Shown here: positions 40,808 to 56,674 of the stretch, piece after piece
Numbering within the stretch: position 1 is the first letter of the stretch
Layout: the number at the start of each line of letters is the position of its first letter
Assembly: GCA_951406725.2 (NCBI GenBank)
Contig: OX597814.1
Span: 155,868,001-155,932,000 of the forward strand
DNA from: Octopus vulgaris
Lineage: Eukaryota
Length of the DNA: 64,000 nucleotides
Direction of reading: 5' to 3'
Notes under the pieces: model-generated
What the model was told of the DNA's origin: nothing
Database searches by the model: none
The model's input: only the letters and a program-made list of their open reading frames with translations
Program-made: the position numbers and the translations under genes

Positions 40808-43059
40808 TATACACACACACACATATATATATACACACATATATATATATATACACATATATGTATATGTGTGCGTGTATGTGTATACATATATAATATA
40901 CATACATAAGCAGTTCACACATGTATTCCCTTAAGCACATGCGCACAGACATATCTATGTAGATGCTTGTGCGGTGAGTATGTGTGAGTGTATATGTGTG
41001 TATGTGTGTGCATGTGTTTGCATGCTTATAGGTATACGTATTTAAGATAGAATCCTGTCAACTGCACTAGCTAACTACTAAGACGAATTATTAAAATGCG
41101 TGATGGAAGCTAGAAAACTGTTCATTTCGTTCTTAGATAGTTGTTAACTAATGAGATTAAAATGATAACATTTTGCAAATGAAATATCATTGCCATCATC
41201 ACTAAAGCGTTTTGAAACGGATGTTTCTGTTAACCTCGTTGTCATTTTTTCCCTCCATAACATTCTCCTGAACTTAGACTTTTTATTATCAGTAAAATTA
41301 TTAACAAAGGAAATACTGTATCCCTTTGTGTATGCTATATCACATACTATAATAGATATTCGATATCACAAAGGGAAATATCTGCAGCTATTTTTAAGTT
41401 ATTATAACTGGATTTCTGGAGAAAGATTACAGACAATATGATAGACATTGAACTCTGACCTTTTGTTTTACCAGACGGTTTTTTAGTAGTTTTCGAGTCT
41501 ACAGCGAAGCCACATGTTGATAATTTGACCTGCTAGAAAAGACAGCAAAATCTCCTTTAAATTATGTCCTACATTCTCAAAAAATTGCTAATTATATTGG
41601 GAAATGTAGCTGAAGGTACTCTGCATGCAAATACTGTGATGAGTATAATGCTTTCAATTATCAGTGTATCACTGTATCAACCAGGCTAATAAATACTGCT
41701 CTAAACCGCTTGCTCGCATTTCTGTAGCTTTTGAATATTACCGACTTCACTGGCTAGATGGCCAGGCTAACGTTCACACCGAGCGAAATAGCAGTCCGTC
41801 GCTGTGAGGGAGAAGGTCACCTATTTAAAGCAGAGTGAACTGGAGTAACGTGAAGTAAAGCACCGCTAGTCTGGGAATCGAAACCAAAATCTCATGTGCA
41901 ACACTCTAATATCTGGGCTACGTACTTTCAATTAGAGGCTCACTTCATGAGGGCTGACCTAAACCTAAGTAACACCACCACCACCACCACCACCACCAAT
42001 TACAACAACAACAACAATTGTTCGAGTGTTCTATCAAATGATACTAAGATACTCAACTTTAGGAGTCAACATGCTAAAACACTCAAGCCGAACTTCTCAT
42101 TGTTTATTTTTATTTATTTACTGCTGTATTATAATATTCATGGCGGAAATATTATGTATTCATAACAAATAAATTTATGTTTAGCTTTATGTATACGAAA
42201 GAAAATAGGTTGTCTCCAAAGAGAAAATATAAAGCGAAACAAGAGAAAAGAAATAAATAACCATCTTTTTATTATATTCCAGCAAGAATGTTGCCGTTCC
42301 AGAGATGTAAAATATTTTGGAGAAAGTCCATACAAAATAAGTACTTGTCTCAAGAGACTTTCCATTTTCCAATACAATTCTGCTTCAACGAGTATCCAAC
42401 TAATCTAATTGTGCTTGAACCTGTTTCTTCACTAACTACCAATGAAGTAGAGCAGTAGGTTCTCTCTACGAAGGTTTGACAAAAGAGAAAAAGAGAGAGG
42501 GAGAGAGAGAGAGTGAGAGAGAGAAATCGGGAGAGAAAATGAGGAGAGAAAGCGAGAGAGAGAGTACTTGGTCGTTCGACTTACTTGAAAGAGCAACTAA
42601 ATTCTTTGCAAACGACAATCCAGTGCATTAAAAATGATACACAAGATCATTTAATATGGGATGCACTACGCCTACAAATTTTTTTGATAATAGTTGGGCA
42701 AAATAGCATCTACAGTAACAGCAACAACAATGGTAACTGGTTTTAAATTTATGAGATTAATACCAATGATATTTGCATCTTCTCATAGATTCGTGATTTT
42801 CTTAGATGGACCTTTTGAACATATGAAGATCGGGGAACATAGGACTCAGTTAGATCCAACTTTCCACCCCTTGTCACTAGAAATGAATTTACTCAAATTT
42901 ACTCAAATCCGCAATTGCCCCCAACATACAATATCTTGAACCTCTTTTCACATTTTATTCGTTTCCACTGCCACTTTAATAGGGATTTCCAGTTCAATAT
43001 TATTTTGGACTGAATGTGCCAAGCATTGCTCTTACATGATTTCTACCAACTCGTCATGA

Positions 43060-43600
43060 CAGCATAAGTGGGCCCGTGACTCATATTCACCCGCCTCTTA
43101 ACTGGACTGCTTTCTTACTCTCAAGTCATCCTGTAAGCTAGCTGTATCCTCTTTCACAGCATCATCTCCAGTCCAGTTTCTCCTGAGTTGTTCACTTTAC
43201 CCCTCTCTTTATCTTTCTTCCCTTTCAAAAGAGAGAGTGAGGAGAGAGTATCTGCATGGTTTGGTCAGGAGTTTTCTTGATTGTAATCACAACCGACGGA
43301 GGGTTCTGCACTTTCTCCTGCCATGAATGCCATATTTTCCCCATCATCTCTCTAAAGACATTTCTAGCAAGTGAAGGGTCAAACAGACCGACGACATCCC
43401 CTCGTGAAACATTCAAAACATGCAATGTACTGTGCATGAGCGAGAAAGCCACTATTTCTGTGATCGGTACGAAGATAGTGTATAGGATACGCTTAAACAC
43501 GGAAATCCGTTAATTCCGTCAACAAACTAACCACCTCTCATTCTTCTCCAGCATAAAGACTGGATTGCCTACCCCATTAATGCAAAGAAAAATATCTCAT
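43060..43600 (-). mobile_element. Possible very old RTE-like LINE 3' remnant
   Basis: Weak similarity only (SLMHS.., ..W.DAVKED..). Confidence 0.3.
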
Positions 43601-44494
43601 TATTGGTTGTTAAGTCTCTGTGCTGCAGAATATGAATATTCAATTCCCTATCGTTCCTAATGCTCAGCTGTCGATCAAAGTAAATATGCAAAGTTGGGGA
43701 AACCTCATATGTCGCTTACAAGAGAAGAGCCTACCATTGAATATATGTTAACGTTGGTTGAACATGTATAATTGCGATGAAGTCACGCAGCTCTTTATGT
43801 ATCTGTATAATGTATAAGTGTGAACGTGTAAAGGGTGTTTATATTAATGTGTAACTTCAACTACTGGACAAATAATTTTGCTATTCTAAAGTAAGAATAT
43901 CTTTAAGGGGCTCTAAAATAATTTAGCTTTTTCTAGGTTCATTGTTCTTTGTATCCCGTTACCTTTACTTATTCTTTCCCGCATACCCACACTCATTACT
44001 CGTACTTCGCATTTTCTTTTTTAATTGGCCACAACTCATCTCTAATTCTTAACTTATTTCTTATTCTCTTATGTCGCACCATAGGTATTTTGACCATTTT
44101 TATCAATACATTTATTCTTTGGCGTCCTCTTCACATCCTTGTAAATAATCTATGCGTGCTTTATTGATAATTCTATATTCCAAGGATATTAATGAAAGGA
44201 TATCTATTCATGTAACCTGTATTTTTCTTCTCACTATCACACACACACTTTCATTAATCCAAACCCCATATATATTTGAAGTATTTAAGAAGCGTACAAC
44301 AAAGTCGGGGTATTTTGTTTTCTTTTAGTGTATGACTACATACAGTCACCCGATACACAATAAATAGGAACCAAATTTCCCTCAAATCACACCATCTCAT
44401 CATTAATTAGGAAACAATATATTGGACAAAGTGGCTATATATAAATACATACACACAAACACACAAAGACACACACTTTATAAATATATATATA

Positions 44495-45673
44495 TCGGGT
44501 CATCCCATAAATAATGCAGTTTTTTTTTAAATGCATGAACTAAAAGTCAGAGTGAGAGGGGATAAACTGTCTGCATCACGTTGCTATAAAAGTAGGTAGT
44601 AATTTTACCTTGTCCTTATTCTTAGTGCAAATTTTGAGGAGTGAGGTTCGATTTTAACAGTTATTTTTCAAAGCTATAATGAAAGTGAGCAAGGAGCACT
44701 TTGACATATTTTGCTTTATGAGTTCAATAAAGGCAACATCGCAACGGAAAGCGTGAGCAATATCAATGCATTATATGGGAATTGGACAATAAGCGTAAGC
44801 TAGGGTAAATGGTGGTTCCAGAAATTCCGAGCCGCAAACTACAGCCTACAAGAAAAGCCTCGCCCTGGAAGATCTGTAGAGCTCGACGAGGACGTCCTGC
44901 AAACCCCATCGTAACTGTTGAGGAACTAGCAGAGAAACCTGGATCTGCTCATTCAACAATTCATTGACACCTGTGTGCCATCGGAAAAGTCAGCTAATTG
45001 GGTCAATGTGTTTCTCACAAACTTTCCGAGTTTAATCGCGCTCAGAGAGTGAATGTGTGCTCTTCTTTGCTGTCACGTCTCACGAATGAATCTTTTTTTC
45101 TTGACCGAATAGTGACTAGTGACACGAAATGGGTTCTCTATAAAATGTCAAGCACTTAGACGGTGGGTAGGGAAAGGAGAACACCGGCACCCCAAGCTAA
45201 AGAAGATCTTCATCCACTAAACGATAATCAATAGAGATCTACTGCGAGCAGCTTGAACGGCTTTGAATAAAAGTGACCATCTTTGGTTTCAAGACGAACG
45301 GTGTTCATCCATCAGAATAATGCTCAGTCACATACAGTGAGGATGACATTCCAAAGACTGGAGCAGTTTGAATAGGAAACTATACCCCACCCACAATATA
45401 CACCAGATATTGTCCCATCTGATTATCGTTTATTCCGCAGACTTTAAAATTATTTGAACGGAAAAATTCTGTAGACGAAGTCAGAACAGTACTGGGGAAG
45501 TATTTTTCGTCAAGGAGAAGCGAAGTTTTGGAAGAGGAGCCTTGCAAGTCTACCAGATAGATGGAAGAGCATGTAGAAAATGAATGGGAGTATATTTTAG
45601 AATAAAAAAGAACTTTGTCTTAATTTTGAAAAATAAAAGGAGTATTAAAAAACCGCATTATTTATGAGATGAC

Positions 45674-45677
<4 letters not shown>
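44495..45677 (+). mobile_element. Near full-length, non-functional mariner element
   Basis: TIRs TCGGGTCATCCCATAAATAATGCAGTTTTT / AAAAACCGCATTATTTATGAGATGACCCAA, TA flanks; broken transposase 44679-45604 (HILLYEFNKG, WWFQKFR, PRPGRS, DRIVTSDTKW, HQNNAQSH, PHPQYTPDIVPSDY). Confidence 0.93.
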
Positions 45678-45742
<65 letters not shown>

Positions 45743-46299
45743 TTACTACTTTTCTAAGAGTGATTACTATTTCTTCCTACACGTTACTTATTAGTTTTTG
45801 CTTTTCCCGCTCCCTCTTTGGCCGCTATTTTACCTTCTCTTACATTGAGTGTTAACTCTTTCGACCTCCCTTGCTAATTATAACTTAAGTCCTTTTGTTA
45901 ACTTTCGAAATAACCCTATCACTTCAGCGCAACATTTTACTTCTCACTCACCATGTAATTCCTTCATCTCAGTTCTTCCATTGTTTACATTTGTCAACAC
46001 CACACCCTCGCTTTTCCTTCCTCCTAGATGAAGGGAAATGTCAGAATCAATAGAGTCTTCACTTTTCACGTCAGCTGAACTTATCGAACTTTTATATGAA
46101 TTCACCTATGAACTAATTGTTGCTGACAGAAAACAACCGAAATATTTGCAAGGATTCCGGATTTTAACCTTTTCAAATTATTACAGTTAAACTTACAGAC
46201 TTAAACCTTGTAAGCGATAGATATATTCTTATTTTCAAAGAAATATACACGCATAAAATAAAACAAAAAGCAGAAAGAAAAGCAGCAACAGAATTACTG

Positions 46300-47270
46300 A
46301 AATTGTTTATTAAACCTCGTCATCTCAAATGAAGCTGAAATAAACCAATATCATATTGAACCTATGTTCAACACATCACTATAAGCCATTGTCTTCAAAG
46401 TAGCAACTACACTGGTTGAATTGCTCGGCAAGGAGTATTAGATGCATTATCTATCTGAAAAGATGGCAAGAATTTATTTACTTTTATTGTTTTCATTTGG
46501 TGAACTATAGTATCGATCATAGTCTAACATTATTTCATTGATCTAAATGAATTATAGCGCTTGTAGCTAAGCCTACAAGTGCTTTTGGAAAAATGGCCTT
46601 CGTTTGTTGGATGAACACGATGTCAATCTAAAAATTAGATAGTAATGTATACAAATCTTGTATTTTGAGCACACTTTTGTATGAGGTACAAACGTGAACC
46701 CCCTACTATAGATATATAAAGAAATATGAAGCCTCTCACATGTGTTATTTGCGCAACATGTGCAACATAAAATAGCTAGATAAGATATACAATACCAAAA
46801 TCTTAGTAAAACGTGATATCTCCAGTATTCAAAGAATACTGATGAGAATTCAGTGCAGATGGGTAGGACAGGTTGTTCGAGTGAAAAATGTCCGCATTCC
46901 GAAAGTTCTTCTGTATGGCTAACAAGTAGCGGGATATCGCAGCAAATGAAGAGCTAAAATCTCCATAGCTTAATCTCACATCTTGGGAAAGTCATTGCGT
47001 AGATCAATCTGCATGGCGTGAAATGTGCCACGATGCATCCAAATAAATTGAGTTGAAGAAAAAGAACAATAGAAGAACTATATCCCACAACAATCAGACA
47101 CACTTGCCCGATCCCAGGTAAAATGAAAATCATCAATGACCCCATGGCGACTTCTTAGAAAAATGTATACCTGGACTAAAATTACATTCACGCATCCATT
47201 ACAAATAGAGGCACTACTTAGTGTTATATTTTCTTTAACTTTAAGTCCTCTCCTTCGAACACTCATAGTG
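46300..47270 (+). mobile_element. Degenerate RTE (BovB-like) LINE 3' part
   Basis: AKPTSAFGK...VYKSCILSTLLYEVQT*T...HMCYLRNMCNIK*LDKIYNTKIL...QCRWVGQVVRVKNVRIPKVLLYG. Confidence 0.8.
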
Positions 47271-48368
47271 GAAACCCTCGCATGCGACAGTCATATGAGT
47301 GTGTGTGTGTGTCGCAATAATAAAGGATACAAAGAGAAGCCTTAAAAAGTAAATTTTAAAAAATAATTTTTATTACAGGAAAAGGTTCGAGAGAAAGAAA
47401 GTTCCAAAGTAACCTAAGACTTAATGGAGGTCAGATGGACTGAAGGGATGGATAGCTATAGTAAGGAAATCAGTATTTATAACTTAAGAATGTATTACGT
47501 AATTGTTACTAACAAGTCATAAAATTAGCACTGTATTTGTTATCTCAATCATCACATTGCATCATAGTAATAATTTCAGCAACGCACAGCAGCGCACAGC
47601 AGCGCACAGCAGCGCACACCTGTAACTATATCCTCTGTACGGTCTAACATGTGTAACAATAGAGCATTTTATATAATCAGATCCACTGAATTCCGCTTCA
47701 AACCATGTATAACCTAAGACAAAGAGGCACAATTTGCTCTAGCCCCCAAGGAAAATCTTGAGTGGTGGTTATGTAATCTTGCCCTGAAATTGGTATTGTA
47801 CGCACCGAAAATGACAAATGTAGACCGATTTATAGATATCGTGTAGTCGTACAAAATATTCTTGGCAAGGCATTTATTGTCCAATATGCTGGAGGTTGGG
47901 TATTTGAAGCTACACTGTTTCGTCGCGGTCGCTTGAGACGTATTAAGAGGAAACCTGTCCTGAACACTATATGAGTATTAAAAGGGCTACCTGAACTAAT
48001 ATCACGCGGTGCTGCGAAGTTAGTAGTGAGGCAACTATCCGGATGATTGAAGTGATAGTTTTTTATTGCAGATGACATCATTTCAATCATCCACTATATT
48101 GTCACTCAGTATCACGGTTGGCTATGTGCAGTGAGCGGTGAACCTAATCTATCTGATCGTAGAATTCCTGTGCATGGTTAGTATACTACTAATCTTTCTA
48201 CTGCTATGCATATCTAGATTTAGTAATTTAGTAATTTTCTATTATTTAGATGAAGTATACCGTCTGGTATGTACTATGCATATAAATAGGACATTTTGAC
48301 GTATTGAGTTGAATATTTTTCTAAATCTACTAGATTTAGAGAAGTGTTTTCCTAACAAAATGTGTATT

Positions 48369-49262
<894 letters not shown>

Positions 49263-52200
49263 CAGAATATATAATATACATATATATATTTTTAAAAAAT
49301 TACAAAAACATAACAAACGGAAATATTACAAAAATATAACAAACAGTAAAATCTTGTCTTGTTTCTTATCAGTCAATGTCTAAAAGATCACTACAATTTT
49401 GCGCCTATAACGTTGATATTATTCCCTCTTGGTGGCGCAAGTGACAAAAATCCACACGCAATAGCTAACGAATGTACACGACAATGATGAAAACAAACAT
49501 GACAAAATAAATCATAGATTTACAACAAAAATATCAAGCTCAAATATTCTACCTATTCCATGTTCAGACTGGTCATATTCAGCTTCTTACACAACGTTAT
49601 TCTAAAAATAAACACTCACATAACCAAAATCTCGAAGTTGTGAGAACATGTATGATTAAGTTGGAACAATGCGAATCAATAAGCATTACATATGATTGAA
49701 TGCTACAGGGTTAACCGATTGAAGTGAATGAACCGAACAGTTTCTTAATTCCTGAAGACCCTACATGGAAAAGTTTACATGAAAGTACATAGGGGTGAAC
49801 TGACATGTGGTTTCTAACTGCTTTCTCTCTGGTAAGCGGAAGACATGAATTCCATCTTGCCATCAAGGTAAATACCGGCTTTGTAAATTTTATAGTTATT
49901 TCTCAAACAGTGATACAATGAGTATCTCTGAATGTACCTACTCACACGTAAGGCTTCCACTAGGAGACAATGAAATAAAGAAAAATACGAATCAATTTTC
50001 AATATTGATTGTCCTTTTAACCTTTCGGTGTATTTCTCCACTTCTCATTTGTACAATAACACAGTAACATCAATCATTTCTGATGCTTTTCGTGAAATAA
50101 ATTTGACTAAACATTTCAAACAAAAGGTAAGGTAACAGAATACGAACTAATAATTCTGTAACCGGTCAACGAAACATCTCAAAAGGTTGTCGCTGCTCAC
50201 AATCGACACGCAATACTGATACCACTTTACTAATTATGAAATTAGTAAATTTCATAATTTGTAGGCATAGGTAGTAGGCTTAGATTAAAATGTAGTAGTT
50301 TGAATCGGCATTTGTATTTTGGTAGTATTTATATTAGCAACCAGTGATGACAAAAAATGGTTGGGGGAATTTGACGGCAGTAAGGTTTTATGTCAGATGC
50401 GAATGCATGTAAATAACTAAGATAATGTACTCTATCAGAGATGAATCAATTTTGCCAGTTATTGCCTCATTTTGCAATGCAAACTTCTTTCAAGATGATA
50501 GTTCAAAACCGAATTATTTGGGCAGGGCAACACAACATTACTTGACTGGTATTATGTTATCGACCAAAGATATATAAAAAGCAAATTCGAACTCTATGGA
50601 ATTTGAACACAGGCTGAAATAGAAAGCTATCAAATAATAAAAGTACTTACCCCGAGACCCTACTAATTCTGTCACTCCTTTTTATGACTATAACAAATCG
50701 GATTTTCAAAGTTAGTGATATGCATAATCAAAAATATTGCTTAGCTTCAAGGCTGGCCTGATTCAACGGAACTGTGATCGAGAATATTGTAACATTGACC
50801 ATCTCATTTTTATGTATACCAGAGATTACATTGTTCTATAAATCATACCTTCTTAAAGGAGAGAATGGTTATTTGACTTTTAAATCTACAAGCTTCAATG
50901 ACTACGTGCGGGTTATCTTGTTAGCTACCCTTCATTTTTGAATAACACGGCATAACTCGAGGAAACATGTGATGATATGTATCAGCTAAATGTAATGCAA
51001 ATAGTATAACACGTACTCTGTCGATAGGGGAGAGAAAAATCTAACTGTTTCGGGACAAACCCTACGTCAGACACCCTAGGCTGTTTAATTGTACGAGTAT
51101 CTTAAGCAATGGGCAAGGAAAGACGAGAAAGTAGAAGGAAGGTTACTAGCCAACGATGAGGCTGAATATGATCTGTTGCTTTCTATGAGTCCTGAGTTTA
51201 AATTTCGTCAACCAAAACTTTAAACTTATTAAAAGTAAGGATAAATCATAGAAAACAAATATGATTATTCCTTTTTTTTTATCTGATGCCTCTGTCAATG
51301 TTAGAAGTGAAATTTAAATTGTTTACCACCAAGTCAATTCAGATCAAGCAGACTTGAAATCAATTCCAGCCATGACAGTCTCGTAATCTTTGCATACCCA
51401 GGACTACATTGTCCAGCGTTTTCATCTTTTTTATGTTTCTATTTGAAGTTGTGATTATACAGAAAGTTACTGTTTCTTTGTGAAGACGAGAAACCACTTC
51501 AATAAATTTTTAAAATTATTTCAACCCGTAATACAGTCCGGTTCAGGAACTCGGCTGAGCGAGGTATGACGCCAAAAGGACACACTATCTACTCAGACTT
51601 TAAAGAAATAATTATTTAAAACTGAAAAATAAAGGAAGAAAACAAATATCCTATTCTAAAATTCTACCGGGATTAGTTCCAGCGTCCTGGGAATAAACTC
51701 TATAGAATTCAAAGTTAAAAAAAAAAAATCCTGTTGCGCCTTACAACTGAACCATCCACGGAAATGTTTTAGAGAAATACATAAAGAGTCAACCGATATG
51801 GGCCAACCAAAAACCACTTGCTGCAATGAAGGCTGTCACAGAGGTTTTTAATCAATAAAACCGATTCGCATTTACTTATGCTGTTGATGTTGTTGCTGCT
51901 GTTATGTTACTGCCACCATTGTTGTTGTTTGTAGTATTTCATGATTATTACTAGCAGGCTGCTTGCTTTGCCAGAGCGTTATTTCGCTGGAATCTGTTTG
52001 CGACGTATGGTTCGGATAGACAGACGGTAATAGTAAGATTTCGATGAAAAACACTTTGTAACACAGCTTGTGAAACTAAACAGCTCTCTTCCTCATACAC
52101 GCTTTTTATTTCATCTTTACTTCTTAATTTTTTCACTTATTCCTTTCAGTTTAATTTTTTTTTTCCACCTTAAGATATACAATTAAGTTGGATGATCTGC

Positions 52201-53087
52201 AATATACCATTTGAAATACGGGCTTGAATTTGATAACAAAGTTACCATATAATTTACTTCCCAAGGTAAATACAATAATACTAATTATTTTTCTTATTCA
52301 TATGTTAGAGTTCACTAGTTAGTGATAAGTTAAGGAAATTGTTGCAAATATTTATATTATTTGAATAGTGACTAGGCTATATATAGAAGAGGGGGAACTA
52401 TAACAAATTATAACAGAGAGCGCGATATGAATTCATTGAGAAGATTGGTTAAAAGTTGACTGTATAAAAAAAAGTAATCTTTACTGTTATATTTGATATC
52501 TTATGTATAATTGTAGATAATTTTGTATAGTATTCCATACGACGTCACAAGTTTCTCACGAAAGAAAAAAACAAATGAAGCAACCACGGTAGTAAGAAAA
52601 ACTTGAAACTTTTCATAGTCCCGTAAATGAGATGTGAATCTGGTCTCTCATGGATTATTTAAACCAAAACATATAAAAACGGGTTTTTAGATAACGGATT
52701 GTTAAAATCTGACTGTTTCGTTCCGTTCAACAGTAGAAACGCCTGTGTAAACTACACGAACACCATAAAATAATAAAATTAAAAAGAAGAGAAAAAATAC
52801 CGCCTGATGCTATTTTCATACAATATTGTGTAAAGTTGGGACACTTGAAGTTCTTATAAGAATAATCTTACTTTTTAACTTTGTCAAATTTACTTGTGTG
52901 TAATATATGTATGTATGTATATAATAGCGAAAAAAACGCAGAGGAAATCACTTACAGTGCGAAAAAAAAAGTAACAATAGGTGAAACAACAGAAAAGAAA
53001 AAAATAAGCAACAAATACAATATAGGTAGTGAAACTTTAGGCCGAAAAGTGGAGCTTGGATGGATAAGTACGTGTTTCGGCCGAGAC

Positions 53088-53223
53088 ATGGGGTCTACCC
53101 CAAGTTCGCCGAGTTCAAGCGAAGAACAAGAGGGAGATAAATTTTGGGTACCACCAAATGTAGCACAAAGGAAAAGGGCCCAGAGTTTGGTTCCCTTTAC
53201 TCTACACAGAAGTAGTATTGACG
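53088..53223 (+). CDS. Probable first coding exon of an unidentified host gene (MGSTPSSPSSSEEQEGDKFWVPPNVAQRKRAQSLVPFTLHRSSID-G, phase 1)
   Basis: Non-repetitive, GC-elevated, protein-like segment; ATG context GACATGG; ends at a consensus donor ACG|GTAAGT; no polypyrimidine acceptor immediately upstream. Confidence 0.65.
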
Positions 53224-53636
53224 GTAAGTGAACAGTTTTTTTTATAGCTATCACTGCATTTGATGTTGAAAAATTGTTTAAGAGGTATTTTATCTTAATG
53301 AAAAGTTAATTCTTTCCTTGTGCCTGTATGTTACAATCTATATATTTCTCTTGGGACATTTATTAGCTATGCATGAATAATTCTTTACTGAAAAACAGAA
53401 ATTAAATAACTTATAAACTATTTATATATATATGAAAAAACGATATAGTTATTCTAAAATATTTTTTCTTTCAAGGGGTAGCAACATTATTTTTTTAACT
53501 AAGTAAAAACATTATAAATAGAACAAAATATGAACGGTTGTAATTTATTGAGACTTTTTAATCGCTAAAATTGTTGTGGTTACTTTACAAATAGTATACA
53601 TCATAAATATGCGCTGTATCAATCATGAAACAGGCA

Positions 53637-53718
<82 letters not shown>

Positions 53719-53919
53719 CATACATGCGCGTATGCACACACACACACACATATGACTGGCAAACACAGAAATTGATAGGGAGATAGATAGTTGTAGTAAA
53801 TCGACTCATGTTCCACAAATGCCATTACTTAGAATTTCAAAGTCACGCGGGCACGTGCCTAATTGATAGGCTGTCTATCAATTTATCATGCTTGATGCGT
53901 ATACATACATACATATATA

Positions 53920-53950
<31 letters not shown>

Positions 53951-54749
53951 TACATACATATATATATACATATTACATACATACATATATATATACATAT
54001 TACATACATACACACATATATATATGTACGTATTACATACATATATATATATATATACGTATTACATACATACATATACATACATAGGATGTGCATATTG
54101 ATCATTTTATTCGTATATGTATGTATATATATATATATATATATAAAACACATACTTACTTGTATGTATACATACTGCTTTATACATACTACTTTACCAT
54201 ATACGCCAATATACAATCCTCTATTCATAATACAGTCGTTGTAAAAGAGAATACTACGCACGAATCACACTACTTCCCCTCCCACTCATTTATAACTACG
54301 GAACACGTAGCCGGCACCGACCGGTTATTGTGCTTATTAGTTTCCTGGAAGCACGGCGTCAATGACATCTACATATGCAGTTTATACGAGCGTAGATTTG
54401 TGTTTGTGTGTGTTGGTGAGAGAGAGACAGCACGTAATTGAGAATTAAAATATACACACAGCCCTCTGACACACACACACAAATAAACAAAGATGCCTAC
54501 GATCGCGCACAAACACACACACACATACATACTTTTCTGGTGTAAATAGGATTATGAATCACAACATATACAGACGCACACATAGTTTTGCGTATGTCAT
54601 TTGTTGGTAGCTCTATGACTGCATATATTCTTCCATTCGCAGGGAATTGGTGAAAAGTTTTGTTAGTAGTTTACGCATTAAATTAGTTTAGTTTGGGACT
54701 TTGTATTAATAGCAGACGCACGACTCTAGTACACACACATACACACACA

Positions 54750-54788
<39 letters not shown>

Positions 54789-54948
54789 CAAGGTAAACTG
54801 TGCGCTAATGCATTTGTACATATAAATGTATTTGAAGAAGTGTAAGTATATAAATATATATATATATACACACGTTTAGATATGCATAATTACATTTACA
54901 CCCCCCCACACACACATGACTACATATTTATACGTGTGTGTATGTATG

Positions 54949-54997
<49 letters not shown>

Positions 54998-55093
54998 GTC
55001 TGTGTGTGTGTGTTGTATGTATACACATCTTGAAGGTGAAGTCTCGCAGTGAGTTAAAATTTTAATTTTCGCGCTTGTATATTCTAATGCATT

Positions 55094-55135
<42 letters not shown>

Positions 55136-55152
55136 CTCTCTCTCTCTTGCAT

Positions 55153-55223
<71 letters not shown>

Positions 55224-55743
55224 AATATTAATGTATAAGTAGACATAGGATCACGCATATATACATAACATACTTGCGATTAGATAATGCTCGCAGAACT
55301 TACATACATGTGCACAACAGTCAATATATTTATTGTTTTATAAAAACTTTCTCACATAAAAAAAATTGATATTAAATTACACTTATGCAGCTTCTAGAAT
55401 ATATTATCAAAACTAACTTCAGCTTTAAATATCCTATTTAGCATTTATATAATATTAGTTTAATTATTTATAAATATGAGATAATGAGATACATACATGT
55501 ATGAGAAAGCGTGTCTGTATATATAAACATATAGTTATAAAACAAACACACACACACATATATATATAATATGTATGTATGTCGATAGGCATAGTCGTGT
55601 GTTATATATAAGTACATTATGCATATATACGTATCTATATATACGTCTGTGTACAAACACCCACGCACTTACATGCACATACAGATATGTTTTGTATATA
55701 TATATGAAGTACTATATATATATATAAGGGTATGCGTGTGTAC

Positions 55744-55775
<32 letters not shown>

Positions 55776-56059
55776 CGCGAAATAACACACCTGTTGCACC
55801 AAAAATAATAAATATCAATAAATGTTTCTATATATATGAAATAGATCATATATATTCTCACCGAATTTTCTGTTCTCCGATGAGATAAATACAAAAAGTA
55901 ATTTATTGTGTTTAGGACATTTCATTATTATTATTATTTCTCAGAAATATGTTTTAGTATGGAACGATATGAGGAAAGACGCGGAGCAAAAGGAAAGCAA
56001 AAAAGAATTAAAAAAATAAGAAGCGGTCCTCGGTGAAAATAACCACGTGCAGGTTTCAT

Positions 56060-56095
56060 AGACAGATAGGTAGAGAGATAGACAAATAGATAGAC

Positions 56096-56138
<43 letters not shown>

Positions 56139-56157
56139 CAGATAGATAGATAGATAG
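56060..56157. repeat. (GATA)n microsatellite
   Basis: Direct inspection. Confidence 0.95.
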
Positions 56158-56316
56158 AAAAATGTGTGTGCGTAGGTGCATACATGTGTTTATGGACACA
56201 GTCACACATGTGTGGGTGTCTATATACATATGTTTATGTACACGTATATATTTATATATGCCCCAGCATGGCCGCGGCCTTCTGGCTAAAACATTTTTAA
56301 GGATTTTAAGTATTTA

Positions 56317-56355
<39 letters not shown>

Positions 56356-56674
56356 CACACACACATATATAATATTTATGTAAATACCTGTACAAATATC
56401 TGAGAGAGAGAAGCGTGGGTGTGAGCACGTGTTTGTCTATATGTCTGCGGTCATATTTTTATTTGCGTGTATATGTATACATAAACAAGAACACACGCCC
56501 ACACATTGAATTGGAAATGCATAGATACTTAAACTCGCAAATATATTTATGTTTATATGTAAATATATATATATATATGTAAATATATATATGTAAATAA
56601 ACATAAATATATATTATATATATATTATATGTGTGTATGTGTGCGCGCGTGTGTATATGTATATATATTCTTAT

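Noticed and set aside
47577-47619. (CAGCAGCGCA)x4 tandem repeat; also GAATGATTCC x3 at 30150-30200
   Set aside because: Short local slippage duplications with no supporting context
47830-48090. 86-aa minus-strand ORF in a CpG-richer patch
   Set aside because: No recognisable motif or splice signals; length expected by chance
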